A DNA stretch of 64,000 nucleotides, taken from sequence record NC_052653.1; one strand, written 5' to 3'. Positions 16,031 to 23,617 of this stretch are shown in pieces. Below the pieces are notes generated by a model, which saw nothing but the letters and a program-made list of their open reading frames with translations, did no database searches and had not been told where the DNA came from. The position numbers and the translations under genes are program-made. Numbering within the stretch: position 1 is the first letter of the stretch; each line of letters begins with the position of its first letter. The stretch comes from Escherichia phage vB_vPM_PD06.

Positions 16031-16468
16031 TTATTTTTGTTGAGATGAACGAATTAAATCAGCAGCAAATTCAATCAGATACACTTTTGGTGCAATAATG
16101 ATTTTTAGCCAATCAAAATTCGAAAAGAAAATAACAAATCCTAAAAAGAAAAAGAAAGCACAGACAACAAGACCAACAATAGGTAAAGCAGATACTTCAC
16201 CATAGCGATCTCGTGACCACAGGCATTCTTTATCTTTAATTGCTTTTACGAGGTTCCGCACAGCAATAAAAGTAATAAACATAAAGCAAATACTAAAAAG
16301 TTGCCATAAACCTGCGGATACTGCTTTCCACACTAGTAATTGATGGATTACTTCTGGAATTTGTTGTTTTCCAAACTCTACAACATCACTCATTGTTTGA
16401 ATAGTGACGTTAACCATATTCAGAAGTACATCCGTTGCTTTATCTGCAATTGCGTTTGTTTTACTCAT
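16031..16468 (-). CDS. Hypothetical membrane protein (145 aa)
   Basis: Two or three hydrophobic helices. Confidence 0.6.
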   Translation of the reverse strand: MSKTNAIADKATDVLLNMVNVTIQTMSDVVEFGKQQIPEVIHQLLVWKAVSAGLWQLFSICFMFITFIAVRNLVKAIKDKECLWSRDRYGEVSALPIVGLVVCAFFFFLGFVIFFSNFDWLKIIIAPKVYLIEFAADLIRSSQQK

Positions 16469-16482
16469 TCTTTATTCCTCAC

Positions 16483-16656
16483 TTACCTTTTAAGGAAACC
16501 AATCATAATGAAGAACCACATCCAGGCAGGAGAGATAATAAAGCCAAAGAAACCGCAAATAACCGCTTTCTTAATCTCTTCCAGACAACCCACCAGGAAA
16601 AGAACGAGTGAGACTACAATCCAGATAGCCATAAATACTGTAACAAAGAAACTCAT
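16483..16656 (-). CDS. Small membrane protein (57 aa; not in ORF track)
   Basis: ATG at 16656 after GGGAGAAAGG RBS; MSFFVTVFMAIWIVVSLVLFLVGCLEEIKKAVICGFFGFIISPAWMWFFIMIGFLKR. Confidence 0.45.
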   Translation of the reverse strand: MSFFVTVFMAIWIVVSLVLFLVGCLEEIKKAVICGFFGFIISPAWMWFFIMIGFLKR

Positions 16657-16676
16657 ACCTTTCTCCCGTCTGTATT

Positions 16677-16928
16677 TTAAAATTCAACCACTACTTTATC
16701 GAGGTGCTCTGCTTCAACTTGATCTAATGTTAACACCTCAACTAAACCCTTGTCAATACCTAATTTAATAACATCAACATATTGTCCAAACAGATCCTGG
16801 ATAGATATCTTGTGTTCGACAACAACAACCACTTCATTTCCTTTTGTGAATTCTCTCCATACACGTCCACATTTGAAAATAAAGTCTGCTTCATCTTCCG
16901 TTATCATTTTAGGTTTGATACTTAACAT
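16677..16928 (-). CDS. Hypothetical protein (83 aa)
   Basis: Six-frame ORF in leftward cassette. Confidence 0.55.
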   Translation of the reverse strand: MLSIKPKMITEDEADFIFKCGRVWREFTKGNEVVVVVEHKISIQDLFGQYVDVIKLGIDKGLVEVLTLDQVEAEHLDKVVVEF

Positions 16929-17266
16929 TACATACTCCCGTACTCTGGTTCAATATTATGCTTACGACAAATGGCATCCCAACGCTCATTACCAAAACTT
17001 CTTCCATGTAGTGCATCGTATGCGAAATGTTCTGCCAACCACATTACTACACCATCTGGTTCAGTGTCAAGCGGAATTCGAAACTCTCGATCATAACGCA
17101 TACGGAGAACAAACTCATTACCGTCTTCCAGCAGGTACATATGACTTTTAGCTCGTGATGCCAAATCGAAGAAAGGAGGTTCATCGTTCCAAACGTGACG
17201 CTCAACTTCAACACCATGATCAACTACCAAAGTGGCAATTACTTCTCTCATTTCTTTACTAAACAT
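16928..17266 (-). CDS. Hypothetical protein (112 aa)
   Basis: Six-frame ORF. Confidence 0.6.
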   Translation of the reverse strand: MFSKEMREVIATLVVDHGVEVERHVWNDEPPFFDLASRAKSHMYLLEDGNEFVLRMRYDREFRIPLDTEPDGVVMWLAEHFAYDALHGRSFGNERWDAICRKHNIEPEYGSM

Positions 17267-17267
17267 A

Positions 17268-17519
17268 TTAAAGTCCTCCTAATTTAATAGTCCACTCAAC
17301 ACCTGTTGGGTAACTTCCACGGCAAATCTTACCATCAGAATGCCAATTGATACTATCAGGAAAGGTGTGGTTGGCTATTTTTTCATGTGGAAGCCAAGCC
17401 GTAGGCTTCTCTCCGCCGTTGATCCACACAAAACCTGCATCTTCGAGAAGTTCAAGTGCAAATTCCATATCTTTTGCGTCGTATACCGTCATCTTTTGAC
17501 CTTTTTGAAACTGAATCAT
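17268..17519 (-). CDS. Hypothetical protein (83 aa)
   Basis: Six-frame ORF. Confidence 0.55.
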   Translation of the reverse strand: MIQFQKGQKMTVYDAKDMEFALELLEDAGFVWINGGEKPTAWLPHEKIANHTFPDSINWHSDGKICRGSYPTGVEWTIKLGGL

Positions 17520-17595
17520 ATCTTCCCCTTAATTAGACCGATAACTTCTTTACACAAGTATACTAAGAACATATAAGTGATTTTACCAGATATGT

Positions 17596-17949
17596 TTAGC
17601 TCCACAAATTATGGAAATACTTAGCAAACAAAATACGACCTTCTAAACGCTCTTGCCGTTGTTTTTCATTAACTTCTTCCGGTGGAGTTGAATCTTTAAA
17701 AGAGGACTCCATTTTTTCAAGAATTTCTAACCAGTGTTCTGCTGCTCGTTCTTCCATATAAGGTAGATAGTCACCTTTAGCGTGTGGGTACATCCGACGA
17801 AGTAACCCACTAGGAATTTTAACATTGTTTGTGGCTATCACTTTTGCACGATATGCAGAAAGTGCGTTGTAGATCAGTTTACTTAGTGTCACATCCAGAT
17901 CAAGAAGATCACTGTCTTCAAATTGAATTTCATCGTGTACAATTTTCAT
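17596..17949 (-). CDS. Hypothetical protein (117 aa)
   Basis: Six-frame ORF. Confidence 0.6.
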   Translation of the reverse strand: MKIVHDEIQFEDSDLLDLDVTLSKLIYNALSAYRAKVIATNNVKIPSGLLRRMYPHAKGDYLPYMEERAAEHWLEILEKMESSFKDSTPPEEVNEKQRQERLEGRILFAKYFHNLWS

Positions 17950-17960
17950 ATCACTCTCCT

Positions 17961-18251
17961 TTATAGTAAAACACGTTTTGCACTGCTTGGTGCATTGTCG
18001 AACATGTTTATCACTTTGTCAAGTTTGTGTATTAACTCGTTCGTAATGTTCCACTCTTTGTATGATCTCCATTGTTTCTTATTCTCACCTACCTGGTGTA
18101 AAACTTTGATTGGTGCATTCAAACGTACATTGCGTTCTTTGTCCTCTTCAAAAGAGGCTAACCATTTTTCGTTATGCCCATGAACAGCAATAATAATGCC
18201 AAAACCATCAAAAGTTTCTGTAATATTCTTAGTTGCTAGTGTGATGTTCAT
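17961..18251 (-). CDS. Hypothetical protein (96 aa)
   Basis: Six-frame ORF; first gene of leftward cassette. Confidence 0.6.
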   Translation of the reverse strand: MNITLATKNITETFDGFGIIIAVHGHNEKWLASFEEDKERNVRLNAPIKVLHQVGENKKQWRSYKEWNITNELIHKLDKVINMFDNAPSSAKRVLL

Positions 18252-18310
18252 ATCTAACCTCTTTTGTTACGATACACACAGAGTACCAGAAACTAATTTC
18301 AAATCAAGTA

Positions 18311-18339
18311 TTGACATACATTTTTATTTTGTTAAGATT
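18311..18339 (+). promoter_or_regulatory. Sigma70-type promoter for the rightward block
   Basis: TTGACA (18311-18316), 16-17 bp spacer, TAAGAT. Confidence 0.45.
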
Positions 18340-18369
18340 AGCGCATACCAAATGAAAGGAGAAAAACAA

Positions 18370-18549
18370 ATGCAAAACATCGAACTAACTTCTATCGAAG
18401 CTAAAGAAGCAATGAAGGAAGATAGACGTGTTGAACATAGCCGTTTTTGCGGTGGTGAGTGGTTTGAGATGGAATTCAGATCGGAAGTTTGGCAAGGGAG
18501 TGATGGGGCTGTAATCAAAAAGGAAAGAAGAAATGATCTACAAAAATAA
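18370..18549 (+). CDS. Hypothetical protein (59 aa)
   Basis: ATG after AAAGGAGAAAAACAA; C-terminal part of track ORF 18196-18549. Confidence 0.5.
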   Translation: MQNIELTSIEAKEAMKEDRRVEHSRFCGGEWFEMEFRSEVWQGSDGAVIKKERRNDLQK

Positions 18550-18685
18550 GTTCACTGGCTGTCTGCGTAAATTTATTGACAAAAAAGGGTATGTTTCTGT
18601 TGACAATGGTGTTACGTGGGTGCAAAATGGCACTTCAGAACAACTGATCAAGGCTTTACCTTACTACGAGGAGTTTACAAAATGA
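18533..18685 (+). CDS. Small hypothetical protein (50 aa; not in ORF track)
   Basis: ATG after AAAGGAAAGAAGAA; stop overlaps next start. Confidence 0.4.
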   Translation: MIYKNKFTGCLRKFIDKKGYVSVDNGVTWVQNGTSEQLIKALPYYEEFTK

Positions 18686-18882
18686 CAGGATGGGTAAAAG
18701 TAGAAGATCCATACGATATCCCACTAGGTGAGTATGTGGTGGTAATGGAAGATGGTGGAAAAGGGTATTGTGAAGTGCATAAAAGTATGTCTGGTAAGAT
18801 TATTGTGGTGAACCATCATTTTCACTTTGATTACCCTCCTATTGTGGCATATATGCCTTTACCTAAATATGAAGGGGATTAA
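18682..18882 (+). CDS. Hypothetical protein (66 aa)
   Basis: ATG (MTGWVKV) after GAGGAG RBS. Confidence 0.55.
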   Translation: MTGWVKVEDPYDIPLGEYVVVMEDGGKGYCEVHKSMSGKIIVVNHHFHFDYPPIVAYMPLPKYEGD

Positions 18883-19029
18883 ATGTTATTCTTTAGACTT
18901 AATATTGCTTTTTGTTTGTTTGCAAACATTGCATTCTGGGTATTGGGTAGTGTAAAATTAGGCTACTTCTTTATTGTACTACAAGCTATTTGTTTAGCTG
19001 GTCAAATAATCACTAAGGGGCGAGTATGA
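18883..19029 (+). CDS. Small membrane peptide (48 aa; not in ORF track)
   Basis: ATG after GAAGGGGATTAA; hydrophobic; stop overlaps next ATG. Confidence 0.4.
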   Translation: MLFFRLNIAFCLFANIAFWVLGSVKLGYFFIVLQAICLAGQIITKGRV

Positions 19030-19454
19030 CGCAACAAATCCAAGACAAATTTAATGAACTCTATCCAGCAAGCGAAAGCGGCACTCATAACGTGCGTAAA
19101 TCGCTCTATAACGTCTTTAAAGCAGGATGGGAGGCTTGCCTTCAGGCTCAAGAAGAACCAGCGTCAGGGACGCGTAACGGCTTTTATATCCCGATTGTTG
19201 AAAGTGAGGAAGGATGGGGTAGCAAACATGATGGTTATATGGTAGGATTCACCATAGAAGATCTTGAAGAACGCCGTAAAGTCTTTGAGGCAGCTAATAC
19301 AGAAAAGTATGGCTACTATTATGAACGACCTGTTCGTTACATTCCTGTTGTGCTTAGTCCTAAAGCTGTTGAAACAATGTCTGCAACAGAAAAAGAAAGG
19401 ACTCGCCATTGTGTATGGTTTGATGATATTGACGATTTTCGATTTGGAGAATAA
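19026..19454 (+). CDS. Hypothetical protein (142 aa)
   Basis: Six-frame ORF. Confidence 0.65.
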   Translation: MTQQIQDKFNELYPASESGTHNVRKSLYNVFKAGWEACLQAQEEPASGTRNGFYIPIVESEEGWGSKHDGYMVGFTIEDLEERRKVFEAANTEKYGYYYERPVRYIPVVLSPKAVETMSATEKERTRHCVWFDDIDDFRFGE

Positions 19455-19457
19455 ATT

Positions 19458-19730
19458 ATGAAAAATAAACACCCTTACTATGAATTATTGTATGTACTGC
19501 GCCGTTTGCGTAACAGACAGATTGAAGATTTCCGTCACTTCAAGCGTGATCGGGTGAATCGTCAATGGATGGATCATCGTTTCTTCTCTCTAACTGTACG
19601 TAAGTTCCGTGAAGAGATTAAGAAGACAGACCAGGTAATTGCAGGTGTTAAACGTGCAATCTCTATGTCAAAAATCACAGGTGTAAATCATATGTACGAC
19701 TTCAAAACAGATTCTGTTGTACCTATGTAA
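19458..19730 (+). CDS. Hypothetical protein (90 aa)
   Basis: Six-frame ORF. Confidence 0.6.
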   Translation: MKNKHPYYELLYVLRRLRNRQIEDFRHFKRDRVNRQWMDHRFFSLTVRKFREEIKKTDQVIAGVKRAISMSKITGVNHMYDFKTDSVVPM

Positions 19731-19894
19731 AAGTATTTTGTAAAGTTTTGTGGAGAGTATTGACTTTTTCAGAAAAACATGCTACCCTAAACCTGAAAGG
19801 TGACGAGCGAAGCGAGTTAGTATTCTCTATAGATATTGTTCCTGTCACTCATGGAGGGGCAGGAACAGAGTATATTACTGTATAGGAGAATACT

Positions 19895-20161
19895 ATGGAT
19901 GTTACTACACTAAGGTTTATACTTCTCTTCTTACTTATAGTTATAGGATTAATTGTTATACCCTATCTATATGTCTACATGTTATCTCGTAAGTATGGTT
20001 ATGATCGTATACCATTTTACTATTTAATACCTGTCTTAATTATCTATCTATTTCTCTTTTGTAGATATTGCCCTGAATTAGTCCCTGAACACTGGAAGTT
20101 AGAACCTGTTGAAGTTTACCATTGTGAATGGAAGACAGAATACAGATCTAACAGTAATTAG
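19895..20161 (+). CDS. Hypothetical membrane protein (88 aa)
   Basis: Two hydrophobic helices. Confidence 0.6.
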   Translation: MDVTTLRFILLFLLIVIGLIVIPYLYVYMLSRKYGYDRIPFYYLIPVLIIYLFLFCRYCPELVPEHWKLEPVEVYHCEWKTEYRSNSN

Positions 20162-20164
20162 TTA

Positions 20165-20193
20165 TTGACTCTATCTACTAAATAATCTAGACT
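20165..20193 (+). promoter_or_regulatory. Sigma70-type promoter
   Basis: TTGACT, 17-bp spacer, TAGACT. Confidence 0.45.
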
Positions 20194-20221
20194 CTATGTA
20201 AAATTTACTAAGGAGACTACT

Positions 20222-20386
20222 ATGCAAAACATTTCTATCACTAAAACAAAAAGATCTGTACCTAAACTTACTCACTCTACATATCCTGTTATCATCCGTA
20301 AAGGAAAAGAATGGATTAAAGATGATCATGGTGGTTATGTAGAAGTGTCAAAGCTGAAAGAAGCAGAAGTTAACTTTGTACGCTAA
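20222..20386 (+). CDS. Small hypothetical protein (54 aa; not in ORF track)
   Basis: ATG after AAGGAGAC RBS; hand-translated without internal stop. Confidence 0.45.
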   Translation: MQNISITKTKRSVPKLTHSTYPVIIRKGKEWIKDDHGGYVEVSKLKEAEVNFVR

Positions 20387-20396
20387 GGAGTAGATT

Positions 20397-20669
20397 ATGA
20401 CCGAAGAATTTAAGCAATGGTTTGATAAAACCTTCCCACCACATATGTGGCCTAACGAAGAAGAACGTCAAGAGATGATGATCTACACTTGGCTTGCCTG
20501 GCGGGATGGTATCCGTAGCAAAGAAGCCCAGGAAGAGGAACCTATTGCCTACATCTTTAAACATCCAGCAGGTAAGTTGTTTTGGGCTTTAACAGATGAA
20601 AGTAATAAAGATCACGATGATGTTAATTCCTGTGTATACCAAGAGCAATGTAAAGGATCAATCAGATGA
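20397..20669 (+). CDS. Hypothetical protein (90 aa)
   Basis: AAGGAG RBS. Confidence 0.65.
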   Translation: MTEEFKQWFDKTFPPHMWPNEEERQEMMIYTWLAWRDGIRSKEAQEEEPIAYIFKHPAGKLFWALTDESNKDHDDVNSCVYQEQCKGSIR

Positions 20670-21148
20670 CAATGTACAGCATATGGGGTAGAATGGGCGA
20701 AGACCATGATTACTATTGCTTGAAAAGTAATGTTGAACAGGCAGATGTTGATAAAATTATAAAGCACTACCTAAAAACATGGCGTGAAGTGGAGTTTAGA
20801 GAGTTCGCTATCCTCCATAGTCAAGAAGGAGAAAAGGAGATAGACATGAGTACACTAACTAAAGCAGTACAAACGCATAAGGAGTATGAGGAAGCAGTTA
20901 AAGATGAAGTGAACCCTACTTCACTGACGTTCGAAAACCTCACCCCTTTGTTTTGGTCATATGATGGTAATGAAATTTTTACACATGATACACCAGAGGC
21001 TGTTAAAAATTGGGAAGGCTGTTGTAATTCCTATGAGGTGTTATATGTTGTAGAAGAAGATGATACGTACATTATGTTCCGCATAGATAACGGTTGTGGT
21101 GATCAGTGGGATATTGTTCTTTCTAAACATTTGCAATTGGGTGGTTAA
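20666..21148 (+). CDS. Hypothetical protein (160 aa)
   Basis: ATGA start-stop overlap with upstream gene. Confidence 0.65.
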   Translation: MTMYSIWGRMGEDHDYYCLKSNVEQADVDKIIKHYLKTWREVEFREFAILHSQEGEKEIDMSTLTKAVQTHKEYEEAVKDEVNPTSLTFENLTPLFWSYDGNEIFTHDTPEAVKNWEGCCNSYEVLYVVEEDDTYIMFRIDNGCGDQWDIVLSKHLQLGG

Positions 21149-21149
21149 A

Positions 21150-21512
21150 ATGCTAAAGTACCTGATGATCACTTGGTTATGTTTACTTTCATTTGCGGGG
21201 CATGCAACAGAAGGTTTTAAACTTGGTGCTGACGGTACTAAATTCTTTACATATTGGGGTGGGAAAGCCTTATACCAAGAAGAAAAGAATAGCATAGAAT
21301 GTACGGTTAGTAAGAAGATTAAATCAGTAGATCAATATGGGGATGCCTATACTGGTGTAGGTTTTAACTGTGGAAAAGATTTATTTCTATTTGTTAAGAA
21401 GTATTTAGATGTTAACCTTGTATTGCTTATTGTTGTAGATCCTGCTAAGTTTGAAGAGCGTAAAGCATATCGTGCAGATATGTTCCTAGAATATGATGAT
21501 AAGGAGAAATAA
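21150..21512 (+). CDS. Hypothetical secreted protein (120 aa)
   Basis: Start MLKYLMITWLCLLSFAGHA is signal-peptide-like. Confidence 0.6.
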   Translation: MLKYLMITWLCLLSFAGHATEGFKLGADGTKFFTYWGGKALYQEEKNSIECTVSKKIKSVDQYGDAYTGVGFNCGKDLFLFVKKYLDVNLVLLIVVDPAKFEERKAYRADMFLEYDDKEK

Positions 21513-21863
21513 ATGCTTGATGTAACTATTAATGGTGTTAAATATATTCCTTATGTAGAGAAAAGCAATCCTGATGCCCTGGATGTTATGTTTGAGGATT
21601 CAGATCTTGGTACTGTCACTGTACGGGAATATTTCCGACAACTACTCTCTACGTTATGGAGAGAAGAAGAGTGTTTTAATGGTAAACGTCCATTTGGTAA
21701 TTCATGCTGGCAATTTGACATGATCCGTGCCTTAATTGAGGCAGGGTATATTGAAGGTACAGTTGTGTACGATGAAGATGGATATCCAGAAGAAACTGAT
21801 TACGACAGTAAAGAAGCTAATAAATTTATACAGGGCTTGATTGCACAGATGTGTTTGGGTTAA
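21513..21863 (+). CDS. Hypothetical protein (116 aa)
   Basis: AAGGAG RBS. Confidence 0.65.
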   Translation: MLDVTINGVKYIPYVEKSNPDALDVMFEDSDLGTVTVREYFRQLLSTLWREEECFNGKRPFGNSCWQFDMIRALIEAGYIEGTVVYDEDGYPEETDYDSKEANKFIQGLIAQMCLG

Positions 21864-21864
21864 T

Positions 21865-22251
21865 ATGAAAGTATTAAATTTCTACCATTTAGGTAAAGTA
21901 ATACCTGAAGGTGCAGTGTACATTGGCAGAGCTATGCCTCATATGGGGTTAAAAGCCTCAAAGTTTGCAAATCCTTTTAAGTTAAAGGATGATGAACCAC
22001 GAGGATCAACTATACAAAGATATAAAGAGTGGTTGTGGGAACAAATTCGTTGTGGTAAAATCACTCTTGAGGATTTGTTAGAATTAGAAGGGAAAGACTT
22101 AGTTTGCTTCTGCTCACCTCAACCTTGTCATGGTGATGTATTGGTAGCAGCGGTTGCTTGGGCTAGAACAGAGTGGGATAAAAGGCATCCTACTTACACA
22201 GATGATTATTGGATTTGGGAGGATATTTATGAAGACTACACAAGAAATTAA
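21865..22251 (+). CDS. Hypothetical protein, DUF4326-like (128 aa)
   Basis: GAVYIGR...KFANPF pattern. Confidence 0.5.
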   Translation: MKVLNFYHLGKVIPEGAVYIGRAMPHMGLKASKFANPFKLKDDEPRGSTIQRYKEWLWEQIRCGKITLEDLLELEGKDLVCFCSPQPCHGDVLVAAVAWARTEWDKRHPTYTDDYWIWEDIYEDYTRN

Positions 22252-22594
22252 CGTATTTGATCTGTCAGGTTTAGATATGGAAAAAGCAACCCTGTATCAT
22301 CACGATAAAGATAACATTACGTACATCTACATCGGAGCAGATAAATATAACATTCCTGAAAACTCCCTGGCAGTAATGAAGGAAGGGGATATGCCTTTGC
22401 AAGAGAAGATGCTTGGTTTTTCCTTTCGTCAAGATGTTAAGATGGACGGTGTTATTGCTGTCTTCCAGGTAGACGAGTTTTATATGGTTACTTTTGTCAC
22501 ACCAAATTTCACCAATATCAATGGGGAAGAGGCAGCAAACGATGTTATTGTTCTAACGTTGGGTAATGCCTTAAAAGATTTAGAAAACGTTTAA
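22229..22594 (+). CDS. Hypothetical protein (121 aa)
   Basis: ATG at 22229 overlapping upstream gene end. Confidence 0.55.
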   Translation: MKTTQEINVFDLSGLDMEKATLYHHDKDNITYIYIGADKYNIPENSLAVMKEGDMPLQEKMLGFSFRQDVKMDGVIAVFQVDEFYMVTFVTPNFTNINGEEAANDVIVLTLGNALKDLENV

Positions 22595-22615
22595 CAAACC
22601 AATAAGGAAAATATA

Positions 22616-23131
22616 ATGTTTTTTGATGCTCAATCTCCACTTGTTGACTCTGTAAGCAGGGCGGTAATATATCCAGACTTTGATGAAAGAGAAATATGGC
22701 TTAAGGAACACCACTATGATCCAGAAAATGTCAACTGGTGTAATCTGGATGTTGGTAAGTATCCGCGAGATAAGGGCATCTTGAAATATTATGCTTGCTA
22801 TACGGTGGATAACATCTATGAATACTACGTGTTTCGTAGTTTGATTATCCATCTAAATAAATTGGGTGCTCTAACAGGGGATTCTCAATTCACTCTAGGC
22901 CACTATAAACCATTTAAGAAAGGTGGAGAGCACTTTCCAAGCAATTGGATTATACAAACATTAAAAGATAATTCTCGTGCTAGTGATGTTATCCCGGACA
23001 AAAAAGAAAAGTGGACATGGCATGAGCAAATGGAGTATATTATACAACATATGCCACAACGTGTATTGTACGATGAAAAGTTGGTCAACCGTTGTGCCGA
23101 GTTAATACAAATTGTTAAGGGGTTTTACTAG
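22616..23131 (+). CDS. Hypothetical protein (171 aa)
   Basis: AAGGAA RBS. Confidence 0.65.
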   Translation: MFFDAQSPLVDSVSRAVIYPDFDEREIWLKEHHYDPENVNWCNLDVGKYPRDKGILKYYACYTVDNIYEYYVFRSLIIHLNKLGALTGDSQFTLGHYKPFKKGGEHFPSNWIIQTLKDNSRASDVIPDKKEKWTWHEQMEYIIQHMPQRVLYDEKLVNRCAELIQIVKGFY

Positions 23132-23139
23132 GGGGAAAT

Positions 23140-23616
23140 ATGTCTAAACGTTTTGGTCGTAATCAAAAAAGAAAGTTAAGTGCTCAACTAGCAGCTTTGC
23201 AAAAAGAGGTTAACACTTTACAAAAAAGTGTTTGTGAACTTAAGGAACAAAACCAACTTGAAAAAGAGTGTATTCAGCTTACACAGGAAGTTATTGGGGA
23301 GTATTTCCCTTCACTAATTCCTAAGAAGGTGGCTCTTAGGGAAAATCTACCTTTTACCTTATCCTTGATGCAAACAAGGGATAGATTCCAAACTGAAACT
23401 GATGATTTGATGTTTGCAATGCATCAATTACGTGGTTTAGAATATACAGCACAAGTGGATAAACTTCGCAACATGTTATATGTGCGGGTAGAAACACCTA
23501 AAGGTGAAACAGTAGCGTTTAATTATAATTTCCAACAGCTACCTGATCATATTATTGAACAAATTTTAAAACGAGATTTTGTTCCTATGCTTGTTAAACA
23601 AATTAAGAGAGGTTGA
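23140..23616 (+). CDS. Hypothetical coiled-coil protein (158 aa)
   Basis: Six-frame ORF. Confidence 0.65.
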   Translation: MSKRFGRNQKRKLSAQLAALQKEVNTLQKSVCELKEQNQLEKECIQLTQEVIGEYFPSLIPKKVALRENLPFTLSLMQTRDRFQTETDDLMFAMHQLRGLEYTAQVDKLRNMLYVRVETPKGETVAFNYNFQQLPDHIIEQILKRDFVPMLVKQIKRG

Positions 23617-23617
23617 A

